DNA of 64,000 nucleotides from an uncultured delta proteobacterium (lineage in GTDB: Bacteria > Myxococcota_A > UBA9160 > SZUA-336), in contig CAVPHD010000004.1 in the NCBI GenBank assembly GCA_963704165.1, forward strand, positions 352,001-416,000. The letters run 5' to 3'. A model generated the notes under the pieces. It was given only the letters and a program-made list of their open reading frames with translations. It had not been told where the DNA came from and ran no database searches. Positions 30,273-38,868 of this stretch are shown here, in pieces; the stretch's first letter is position 1; each line of letters begins with the position of its first letter. Position numbers and translations under genes: made by a program.

Positions 30273-33200
30273 ATGAGTCGTCTTTCCACCCGCGCGTTCC
30301 TCCTCGCGAGCTTCGCTCTTGCCTCCGTCACGCCGACGCTCGCGCACGCGCAGCAGGCCAAGCAGAAGGTCGTGCTCGAGTACGACGACCAGGAGCGGCT
30401 CGCGCGTCGCAAGACCGACACCAACGGCGACGGCGCATTCGACGAGACCGTCTTCTACAAGAACGACGTTCCCGAGCGCGCCGAGAGCGACACGAACTAC
30501 GACGGCAAGACCGACCTGTGGGTCACCTTCGACGTGAGCGGAAAACCGCTCGCCCAGGAGCGCGACTCGAACTTCGACGGCAAGCGCGATCAGTGGATCC
30601 AGCTCGAGAACGAGCAGCCCAAGGTCCAACGCGACGACAAGAACGGCGACGGCGAGCCGGAGTCGGTGGTGTACTTCGAGAACGGCGTGCGCACCCGCTC
30701 CGAAGAGGATTCGAACGGAGACGGCCGCATCGACCGCTGGGTGACCTATCAGGACGGCAACCCGGCGCGCGTCGAGGACGACACGAACGCCGACGGCAAG
30801 GTCGACGTGCGCGGCGAGTTCAACCCCGACGGCTCCAAGAGCATCGAGGTCCAGGACACCAACTCCGACGGCCGATTCGATGTGACGATCCGCTACGAGA
30901 ACGGCGTGAAGGCGCGTGTCGAAGAAGACATGAATGGTGACGGTCAGCCGGACGTGATCACGAGCTACGAATCCGAGATCCTCGTGAGGCGCGAGGCCGA
31001 CACCGATGGAAACGGGAGCTTCGACACCGTTTCGAACTACCGAAACGGCGTCGAAGCGCGCCAGACGCGCGATCTCGACGGAGACGGGAACGCGGAGCTC
31101 GTCGCGACGTTCGACGCCCAGGGCGACAAGATCCGCGAGGAGATCTTCGCGGCCGGCTCGAACATCCCGCAGGCCGTTCGCACCTACGCCGGCGGCGTGC
31201 GAACTCGCGAAGAGCAGGACACGAACGGCGACGGCGTTCTCGATCTCGCGACCGACTACGCGGGCGAGGAGCCGAGCCGAAGCGTCGCCGACACCAACCA
31301 CGACGGGAAGCCGGACACCACGATCGTCTTCGGCGCCGGCCAGAAGGTCCGCCAGGAAGAGGACCGGAACGGCGACGGCGAGATCGACGCCCGTTACGCC
31401 TTCGACGAGGACGGAAAGGTCACCTCGGAAGAGCTCGACGACGACCACGACGGCCGCTTCGAGAACGTCGCGACATCGAAGCTCGGCCTGATGGAGCGGC
31501 GCACGATCGACGCGAACTCCGACGGCAATCCGGAACGCATCGAAGTGTACGGCGAAGGCCGGCTCGTCCGGGTCGAGATCGACGAGAACCGCGACGGCAC
31601 GATCGATCTCTGGAACTTCTTCGATCCCGAGAAGCGTCTCGAAAAGCAGGAGCAGGACGTCGACCACGACGGCCGGATCGACACCTGGGTGGTGCTCGAC
31701 CCGGGAAGCGGCAAGGAGCTCCGCGTCCTCAAGGACACGAACTCCGACGGCAAGGCCGATACCTGGCGAACCAACGACCCGGCCGGATCGACGCTGCGGT
31801 TCGAAGAGGACAAGGACTTCGACGGCGAGCCCGATCGCAGCGTGGAGTTCGCCGACGGTCGCCCCGTGCGTTTCAGCGAGGACGCGAACCGGGACGGCAA
31901 GCCGGAGGCGCGAGGCGAGCTCGGGCCGAATGGCGAGGTGCTGCGCGAGGAGCGCGATACCAACGGCGACGGGAAGCTCGATCTGCGCGTCGAGTACGCG
32001 AACGGTCAGAAGGTGCGCGAGGAGCGCGACAGCAAGGACTCCGGCCGCTTCGACATCGTGACCGTCTTCGAGAACGGCGTGCCGGTCCGCCAGGAGCAGG
32101 ACACCCGAGGCACCGGCACGTTCGACTCCGTGATCGAGTTCAAGGGCGGCAAGGAGTCCACACAGCAGCGCGATTCGAACGGCGACGGCTCGATCGATCT
32201 CTGGATCACGCTCGACACCGACGGCAAGCCGGCCCGCGAGGAGATCGACTCGAACGCCGACGGCAAGCCCGACGTCGTGAAGCTGTACTCCGGCGGTGAG
32301 CTCGGCCGCGAGGAGCAGGATCTCGACTTCGACGGCCGCTACGACCTGATCGTCTCCTACGAGGGTGGACTGCGAGCGCACTCCGAGGCCGACACGAACT
32401 CCGACGGAAAGCCCGACGTGCTGATCGAGTTCCGCGGCGGGCGGAAGGTCTCTCAGAGCGAGGACACGAACCACGACGGAAAGCCCGACGTTCTGACTTC
32501 ATTCGGACCCGACGAAGTTCCGCTTCGCAGCGAAGCCGACACCGACGGCGACGGGAGGCTCGAGACCGTGTCGTTCCTCGAGAACGGCGTCGTCGTGCGC
32601 ACCGAGAAGGACTCGAACGCCGACGGTAGAGCGGACGTCTTCGTCTGGCTCGACGGCGACAAGGTCGTGCGTCAGGAAGAGGACTCGAACTTCGACGGCG
32701 TCGTCGACAAGCGCTCCAGCATCGGCAAGTCAGGCTCGCAGGTGCAGGAAGCCGACGCGAACGGCGACGGCCGGATCGACACCTGGCTCACGGTCGACGC
32801 CAACGGGAACGTCACGCAGAAGAAAGAGGACAAGGACGGGGACGGGACTCCCGACGTGACCGTCTCGCTTCGCGACGGTAAGCCCGTGAAGCTCGAGCAG
32901 AACGCCGCGGGCAAGGCCTGCGTCGAACTCATCCAGAGCTACGACGCGGCCGGGAACGTCGTCTCCGAGAGCAAGGACACCAATGGCGACTGCAGGATCG
33001 ACGTCTGGACGTACCTCGAGAACGGAAACGTCGTGCGTCAGGGTCAGGACACGCGTGCCACCGGCCGACCCGACGTGCTGACGATCTTCGGCGCCGATGG
33101 CCGGCCGATCGGCCAGGAGCTGGTCTCCGATCCCAAGGGAAAACGCCCGGACAAGAAGCTCACGCTCGATGCGAACGGTCAGGTCACGTCGCAGTGTGTC

Positions 33201-33557
33201 GACACCAACGCGAACGGCAGCCTCGACGCGCGTGCGGTCGTCCGGAACGGCGTCGTGAGCGAGGTCTGGATCGACACGAAGGGCAAGGGCATCGCCGATC
33301 AGCGCGAGGTCTATCAGGAAGGCCAGCGCGTCGCGCTCGAGGCCGACACCAACGCGGATCGCAAAGTCGATGTCGTCCAGACTTTCCAGGGCGGCCAGCT
33401 CGCCCGCCAGGACGAGGACACCGACTTCGACGGCGTGATCGATCAGCGCTTCGAGGGCGACAAGGCCGTGGCCGTTCCCCCCGGCACGAAGATCTCGACG
33501 ACGAAGCTCGGGCCGCTCGACTGCGGCAGCTTCTCGAAGTTCTGGACCGCGCGCTGA
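30273..33557 (+). CDS. Large exported protein of about 40 tandem 24-25 aa repeats, each with a DxNxDGxxD Ca-binding-type loop
   Basis: Signal peptide ending AHA. Repeats such as DTNGDGAFDE, DSNGDGRIDR and DTNHDGKPDV are separated by two short beta-strand-like segments. Confidence 0.85.
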   Translation: MSRLSTRAFLLASFALASVTPTLAHAQQAKQKVVLEYDDQERLARRKTDTNGDGAFDETVFYKNDVPERAESDTNYDGKTDLWVTFDVSGKPLAQERDSNFDGKRDQWIQLENEQPKVQRDDKNGDGEPESVVYFENGVRTRSEEDSNGDGRIDRWVTYQDGNPARVEDDTNADGKVDVRGEFNPDGSKSIEVQDTNSDGRFDVTIRYENGVKARVEEDMNGDGQPDVITSYESEILVRREADTDGNGSFDTVSNYRNGVEARQTRDLDGDGNAELVATFDAQGDKIREEIFAAGSNIPQAVRTYAGGVRTREEQDTNGDGVLDLATDYAGEEPSRSVADTNHDGKPDTTIVFGAGQKVRQEEDRNGDGEIDARYAFDEDGKVTSEELDDDHDGRFENVATSKLGLMERRTIDANSDGNPERIEVYGEGRLVRVEIDENRDGTIDLWNFFDPEKRLEKQEQDVDHDGRIDTWVVLDPGSGKELRVLKDTNSDGKADTWRTNDPAGSTLRFEEDKDFDGEPDRSVEFADGRPVRFSEDANRDGKPEARGELGPNGEVLREERDTNGDGKLDLRVEYANGQKVREERDSKDSGRFDIVTVFENGVPVRQEQDTRGTGTFDSVIEFKGGKESTQQRDSNGDGSIDLWITLDTDGKPAREEIDSNADGKPDVVKLYSGGELGREEQDLDFDGRYDLIVSYEGGLRAHSEADTNSDGKPDVLIEFRGGRKVSQSEDTNHDGKPDVLTSFGPDEVPLRSEADTDGDGRLETVSFLENGVVVRTEKDSNADGRADVFVWLDGDKVVRQEEDSNFDGVVDKRSSIGKSGSQVQEADANGDGRIDTWLTVDANGNVTQKKEDKDGDGTPDVTVSLRDGKPVKLEQNAAGKACVELIQSYDAAGNVVSESKDTNGDCRIDVWTYLENGNVVRQGQDTRATGRPDVLTIFGADGRPIGQELVSDPKGKRPDKKLTLDANGQVTSQCVDTNANGSLDARAVVRNGVVSEVWIDTKGKGIADQREVYQEGQRVALEADTNADRKVDVVQTFQGGQLARQDEDTDFDGVIDQRFEGDKAVAVPPGTKISTTKLGPLDCGSFSKFWTAR

Positions 33558-33576
33558 CGAGCGAGCCCGGCCTCGA

Positions 33577-34089
33577 TCAGGACGCCGTCGCCGCGCCTCT
33601 CGACTCGTGCGCGAGCAGCCAGCGCTTTCGCTCGATCCCGCCCGCGTAGCCGACCAGTCGCCCGTCGGACCCGATCGCGCGGTGACAGGGCACGATCAGC
33701 CAGATCGGATTCGCACCGTTCGCGGCTCCGACGGCTCGCGACGCCGATCTGGCGCCGATCGCCCGAGCGAGCGCAGCGTAGGACGTCGTCGTCCCCGCGC
33801 GCACGTCGCGAAGCGCCGACCAGACGCGTCGCTGGAACTCCGTTCCGACCGGCGCGATCTCGATCGCGTCGAGCGCGGCGAGGTCGCCTCCGAACCAGGC
33901 GCTCACGCGCGCGATCAGGTCGTCGGCGGATCGCGAGGCGCAGATCTCGACCGGATCGAGCCGACGCACGAGCGCTCGCTCCACTCTCGGCCAGCCGTCG
34001 GCGAATGCGAGGCCGTAGACGCGCCCCGAAGACCTCGCAAACCGCAGCGCGCCGAGCGGTGTTCCGATCTCGCCGATCTCGAGCTTCAT
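33577..34089 (-). CDS. ogt: Methylated-DNA--protein-cysteine methyltransferase
   Basis: GTEFQRRVW, SRAVGAANGANP, PCHR active site, GYAGGIERKRWLL. Confidence 0.95.
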   Translation of the reverse strand: MKLEIGEIGTPLGALRFARSSGRVYGLAFADGWPRVERALVRRLDPVEICASRSADDLIARVSAWFGGDLAALDAIEIAPVGTEFQRRVWSALRDVRAGTTTSYAALARAIGARSASRAVGAANGANPIWLIVPCHRAIGSDGRLVGYAGGIERKRWLLAHESRGAATAS

Positions 34090-35548
34090 CTCGTCTCCTC
34101 TTTCGCGAGGCTCTGCCAGAGCGCCATCGCCGCATACGATCGCCAGGGTCGGAAGCTCTCCGCCCAGCGTTCGGCCTCGGCCGGGCGGATCGGCTTTTGA
34201 TCGCGTGCGAGCGCCTTGCGCAGCGCGAGATCGCCGGCGGGAAACGCGTCGGGCTCGCCGAGCGCGCGCATCGCGATGTACTGCGCCGTCCAGCTCCCGA
34301 TGCCGCGCAGCGCCGACAAGCGCGCGACGGAGTCGTCGAGCCCGAGCGCACCGTCGAGCACCGTGGTCCCGCGCGCGATCGCGTCGGCGAAGCCGCGGAT
34401 CGCGTCGGCGCGCGCCCTCGGCAGCCCGAGCGAGCCGACATCCGCGTTCGCGAGAACCGCCGGCGACGGAAACAGGTGAGTGAGCCCGGCCGGCGCACCC
34501 GCAATTGGCTTCCCGAAAGCGCGAACCAGACGCGCGGCCAGCGTCGAGGCGCCGCGAACACTCACCTGCTGGCCGAGAATCGCGCGCACCCCGAGCTCGA
34601 ACGGGTCCCACGTGCCGGGGACTCGAAGTCCCGGTCGCGCCTCGAGGTGTCGTCGGATTTCCGAGCTGCCGGCGAGTGCGCCGTGGACCACGAGCGGATC
34701 CGCGTCGAGGTCGAAGATCCGCCGCACGCGTTCGATCACGCCGAGCAGATCCGTCCCGCGCGGCGCGGACACGCGCAACAGCAGCGACGTCGCGTCGGCG
34801 ACGGGAGTGACTTCGAACCAACCCGGACTTCCGCCGATCTCGATGGTTCGCCGGTAGCCGGCTCGTCCCCGCTCTCGACGCCCGCGATCGCGCGACCGGC
34901 AAGGTACTCCGACAGGCCACGCCAGTCGAACGGCGGCCGGTACGCGAGTCGAAGCGCGAACGCTTCGCCGGTGCCGGCGGTCGTTTCGGTCCTCGCACGG
35001 CGGACTTCGCGCGGGGCGCGGCCGAAGCGGCTCCGGAACGCGTGATTGAACTGTCGCACGCTCGCGAACCCGGCGGCGAAGGCGATCTCGGTGATCGGGC
35101 GATCGCTCTCGTCGAGCAGCGCGCGCGAGACGTGCACGCGCCGCGCGCGCGCGATCTCCGCGGGCGAGGCGCCGAGATGCTTCGAGAACAACCGGCGCAG
35201 CTGCCGCCCACCCACGCCGAGCCTCGACGCGAGTCGTTCGACGTCGCCCCCGTCGAGCGCCCCGGCATCGATCAGACGCAGCGCACGCGAGACGATCGCC
35301 GAGCTTCCGAGCCACGCCGGGGTGCCGGGGGCGGTCTCGGGCCGACAGCGCCGGCAGGCGCGAAAGCCCGCGCTCTCGGCAGCGGCGGCGCAGGCGTAGA
35401 AGCGGATGTTCCGGAGCAGCGGCCGCCGCGCCGGGCAGACCGGCCGACAGTAGACGCCCGTCGTCGTGACTCCGACGAAGAAGCGACCGTCGAAGCGGCG
35501 GTCGCGCGTCTTCATCGCGTCGTAACAGAGGCCCCGATCGAGCTCCAT
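34086..35548 (-). CDS. alkA: Ada-AlkA fusion (Ada Zn/AraC domain plus DNA-3-methyladenine glycosylase II), frameshift near 34860
   Basis: TTGVYCRPVC, FRACRRCRP, AraC HTH, RAILGQQVS, LRGIGSWTA, DAFPAGDL, RPWRSYA. Confidence 0.92.
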
Positions 35549-35882
35549 GACGCGAACCTACCACCAGGCCATGGCGCCGACTCGCAATCCGCGGACGCGT
35601 CTATCCGAGCCGGAGTCTCCACCGTGAGCTTTCGTGTCGATGCGAAAGTGGCGGCCCCATCGGAGTTGGGGAGCCATTCGAAATACGAGTGCGTTTCTGA
35701 GTGGAGAACCCTCGCCCCTGTGGGTTTTTTCCGAGATCGTGCTTCCAATTGGCGAGAGGCCGATGGTAGGATTCCACCGCATCCCACGACGGACAATTCG
35801 CCGTCGAGGCGTACGTGGAGCGGGCTGCATCGATTCGATCGGATCCGACGAATCGCCCGGCTCGGATTGCGGAGGGTGGCCA

Positions 35883-36581
35883 ATGTCGATCTCACGGGGG
35901 TGGTGTGCCGCACTCGTCGTCGCGGTGCTCACGGCGGCAGGGCCAGTGCACTCGGCTCCGATTCTCTACACGTTCAGCGGCGGGGACGCCGTTCTTCGGC
36001 TGACCTCCGGCGGCGTCACGCTGTCCGAGTCCGCACCTCTCGCGCTCGACGGGGTCTTCGCGACGTTCGATGGGGTGGGTTCCGGAGAGCTCGTCGACTT
36101 CGAGTTCTCGATCGTGCCCGAGCAGACGGTGATGCTCGACATCCTGCTCGGAGGCTACGACTGCATCCAGCTTCACACCGCGACGCTGACGCCCGGTGTT
36201 GGCTATACCCACCTCTTCCAGCAGAACAACGGCGGGGGGAACTACAGCATCGCCGCCGCGCCGGTGCTCACCTCGACGACACTCGACGTGATGAGCTCGG
36301 TGCCCGGTCCGCCTCCGGTCCCGTTCGCGTTCTCCGGAAACAGCTCGACCCCGCTCGTCGCGACGGTCGACATCTCCACCGGCACCACCTTGACGCTCGA
36401 AGGAATCACCATCGGCTCGTTCACGAACGCGGATTTCTCGACCATCCCCGTAGGCGAGACGGTCTTCGTGAAGATGGATCTCAGCTTTGCGGGCATGGCG
36501 CCCGTACCCGAACCGGCCGCGGTTTTCTTGATCGGGCTAGGATGCGTGGGATTGGCCATACTACGAGGACGACGGGTCTGA
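35883..36581 (+). CDS. PEP-CTERM sorting-domain protein
   Basis: Signal peptide from ATG 35883 and C-terminal VPEPAAVFLIGLGCVGLAILRGRRV. Confidence 0.88.
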   Translation: MSISRGWCAALVVAVLTAAGPVHSAPILYTFSGGDAVLRLTSGGVTLSESAPLALDGVFATFDGVGSGELVDFEFSIVPEQTVMLDILLGGYDCIQLHTATLTPGVGYTHLFQQNNGGGNYSIAAAPVLTSTTLDVMSSVPGPPPVPFAFSGNSSTPLVATVDISTGTTLTLEGITIGSFTNADFSTIPVGETVFVKMDLSFAGMAPVPEPAAVFLIGLGCVGLAILRGRRV

Positions 36582-36619
36582 CTCGACCTGGGCAGCAGCT
36601 GAGAAGGGGAGGAGATTCC

Positions 36620-37270
36620 ATGGCGACGAAGTGGCTCCATCGAGCCGTGGCGATTGCAGGCCTTTGGGCGTTGACGACGACTGGGGCGTCGGCCCTCACA
36701 CTGCAGATCACCTCGGGGGGTCTGTCCGCCTCCAACCTTAATTACGGCTGTCCGACCGGCTCGAGCAATTGCTCGCTCAGCCGGGACTACCAGCTCTCCG
36801 GACTGGCGCCGGCGACCGGCACGATCGTCATCAACGATCCAGGCACGATCGCCACCATCTCGCTCTCGATCGCGGGTGCGACCTTCGATCCGCTCGGCAT
36901 CGGCTCGCCGATCGTGTTCGGTCCCACGACCTACTCGGCCACGCTGAGCGGCGGCAGCCTGTCGACCACGCCGATCGGCCCCGGCACCGGCGGCATCGAC
37001 TACGGATTCGGCACGGGTTCGGTGACGGGGAGCGCGGACGCGGTTGGCTTTGCGGTCTCGCCCTCGGTCAACATCACCTGTGCCTACCCGGGCGGTACGG
37101 GGACCTGTGGCATCACGTTCAGCGGCGCTGCTTTCTCGGGAATCGCGGGCCACCAGTGGTCGCACACCTTCAACGTCAGCGTCGCTGCCGTGCCGCTGCC
37201 GGAGCCGGCGACCGCGCTCTTGATCGCGCTCGCGGCCGCAGGGCTTCTGATTCGCTCCCGCGCCGACTGA
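36620..37270 (+). CDS. PEP-CTERM sorting-domain protein
   Basis: GGAG RBS, signal peptide ending ASA, C-terminal VPLPEPATALLIALAAAGLLIRSR. Confidence 0.88.
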   Translation: MATKWLHRAVAIAGLWALTTTGASALTLQITSGGLSASNLNYGCPTGSSNCSLSRDYQLSGLAPATGTIVINDPGTIATISLSIAGATFDPLGIGSPIVFGPTTYSATLSGGSLSTTPIGPGTGGIDYGFGTGSVTGSADAVGFAVSPSVNITCAYPGGTGTCGITFSGAAFSGIAGHQWSHTFNVSVAAVPLPEPATALLIALAAAGLLIRSRAD

Positions 37271-37319
37271 TTCGCGGCGTCTGTGAGAGAATTCTCCCGG
37301 TCAACGACCGGGAGCTCCG

Positions 37320-38129
37320 ATGTCCGCCCCGTCCCCTGTCCCGTCGCCGAAGCTCTCCGCCACGATCCTGCTCGTACGAGACGGCGCAAGCGGGCTCGAA
37401 GTCTTCATGGTTCAGCGCCACCACCAGATCGACTTCGCGACCGGTGCGATGGTCTTCCCGGGGGGCAAGATCGAAGCGGGTGATTCCGACCCGCGTCTGC
37501 GCGAGCGCTGCACCGGCGCCGACCTCCTCGATTCCGACACGCTCTCGGTCCGTGTGGGCGCGATTCGCGAGACCTTCGAGGAGTGTGGCGTCCTGCTCGC
37601 CCGCCCTCGGGGCAGCGCGGCGCTGGTCACGGCCGCTCGACTGCGCGAGATCGAAGCGCGCTGGCGAGACCGGCTGAACGCCGACGAGGCCGGGCTGATC
37701 GACGTCGCGCTCGAAGAGGATCTCGTGCTCGCGTGCGACCTGCTCGTGCCCTATGCGCACTGGATCACGCCCGTGATGGCGCCCAAGCGCTTCGATACGC
37801 ACTTCTTCCTGGTCGCGGCGCCGACCGATCAGGTCGCGCTGCACGACGGTGGAGAATCGGTCGACTCGGTCTGGACCACCGCGCAGAACGCGCTTGCCGA
37901 GTTCGAAGCGGGCCGGCGCACGATCATCTTCCCGACGCTGATGAACCTGAACCTGCTCGCGCTCGCGCGCGATGTCGAAGATGTGCTCGCGCGCGCGCGA
38001 GCGCGCAGCGTGGTGACCGTGCAGCCCGGGGTCCGGCGAGGCCCCGACGGGAAGCCCGAGCTCGTGATCCCGCCCGAGGCGGGCTATCCGCCGCTCCCGT
38101 CGGCGCTTCTCAAGCTGTCGCTGCGCTGA
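37320..38129 (+). CDS. NUDIX hydrolase (NUDT19-like)
   Basis: SATILLVRD, VFPGGKI, AIRETFEECG, HWITP...KRFDTHFF. Confidence 0.9.
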   Translation: MSAPSPVPSPKLSATILLVRDGASGLEVFMVQRHHQIDFATGAMVFPGGKIEAGDSDPRLRERCTGADLLDSDTLSVRVGAIRETFEECGVLLARPRGSAALVTAARLREIEARWRDRLNADEAGLIDVALEEDLVLACDLLVPYAHWITPVMAPKRFDTHFFLVAAPTDQVALHDGGESVDSVWTTAQNALAEFEAGRRTIIFPTLMNLNLLALARDVEDVLARARARSVVTVQPGVRRGPDGKPELVIPPEAGYPPLPSALLKLSLR

Positions 38130-38138
38130 TGTACACCG

Positions 38139-38849
38139 ATGAGTGACGAAGGCTTCCCGAATCGCCGGCTCGAACGCTGGCAGGTCGCGCGGAAGGAAGT
38201 GACGGGTGCGTGGAAGGAGAAGCGGCGCCTCGCCGCGGCCATGCGCACCGTGATCTCGCGGCTGGTCGAGATCGAGGCGCCCGAGGCCGAGCTCGCCGCG
38301 GCCGCGGACGGTCTCGAGCGCTACGCCGAGCGACTCGCGAGCCACCCGCGCCCGAATCGCTACGAAGGCTGGTCGGAGGTGTCGGCCTCCGGTGACGTCG
38401 GCAGCTTCTTCGATCACAGTCCGTTGATCGGGCTCTCGAACCCGCTCGCGCCGCCGGTCGAGCTGTACGCGGACGAGGACGGCCGCAGGGTGCACGGAAG
38501 GGCGGTCTTCGGATCGGCGTACGAGGGCCCGCCCGGGTGCGTGCACGGCGGCTACATCGCAGCCGCGTTCGACGAGCTTCTCGGCTTTGCCAACTCGCTC
38601 TCGGGAACACCGGGGATGACCGGCACGCTGACGGTTCGCTATCGCCGACCCACGCCGCTGCACACGGAGCTGCGCTTCGAAGGACGCTACGACCGCAGCG
38701 ACGGCCGCAAGATCTACACGTCGGCGCAGCTCTTCGCCGGAGACACGCTCTGCGCGGAGGCGGACGGTCTGTTCATCTCCGTCGGTACCGAGCGCTTCCG
38801 CGCGCTTTTCGAACAGCGCCAGAAGCGCGAGGGCGAACGCGGCTCCTGA
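38139..38849 (+). CDS. PaaI-family (hotdog) thioesterase
   Basis: YEGPPGCVHGGYIAAAFDELLG, TLTVRYRRPTP. Confidence 0.9.
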   Translation: MSDEGFPNRRLERWQVARKEVTGAWKEKRRLAAAMRTVISRLVEIEAPEAELAAAADGLERYAERLASHPRPNRYEGWSEVSASGDVGSFFDHSPLIGLSNPLAPPVELYADEDGRRVHGRAVFGSAYEGPPGCVHGGYIAAAFDELLGFANSLSGTPGMTGTLTVRYRRPTPLHTELRFEGRYDRSDGRKIYTSAQLFAGDTLCAEADGLFISVGTERFRALFEQRQKREGERGS

Positions 38850-38868
38850 CGCCGCGAAGGTCCTCCGA

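Noticed and set aside
30273..33557. Repeat protein considered as an RHS/YD toxin or RTX protein
   Set aside because: It has no RHS core or PxxxxDPxG motif, no toxin tip or immunity gene, no GGxGxD nonapeptides, and it carries a Sec signal peptide.
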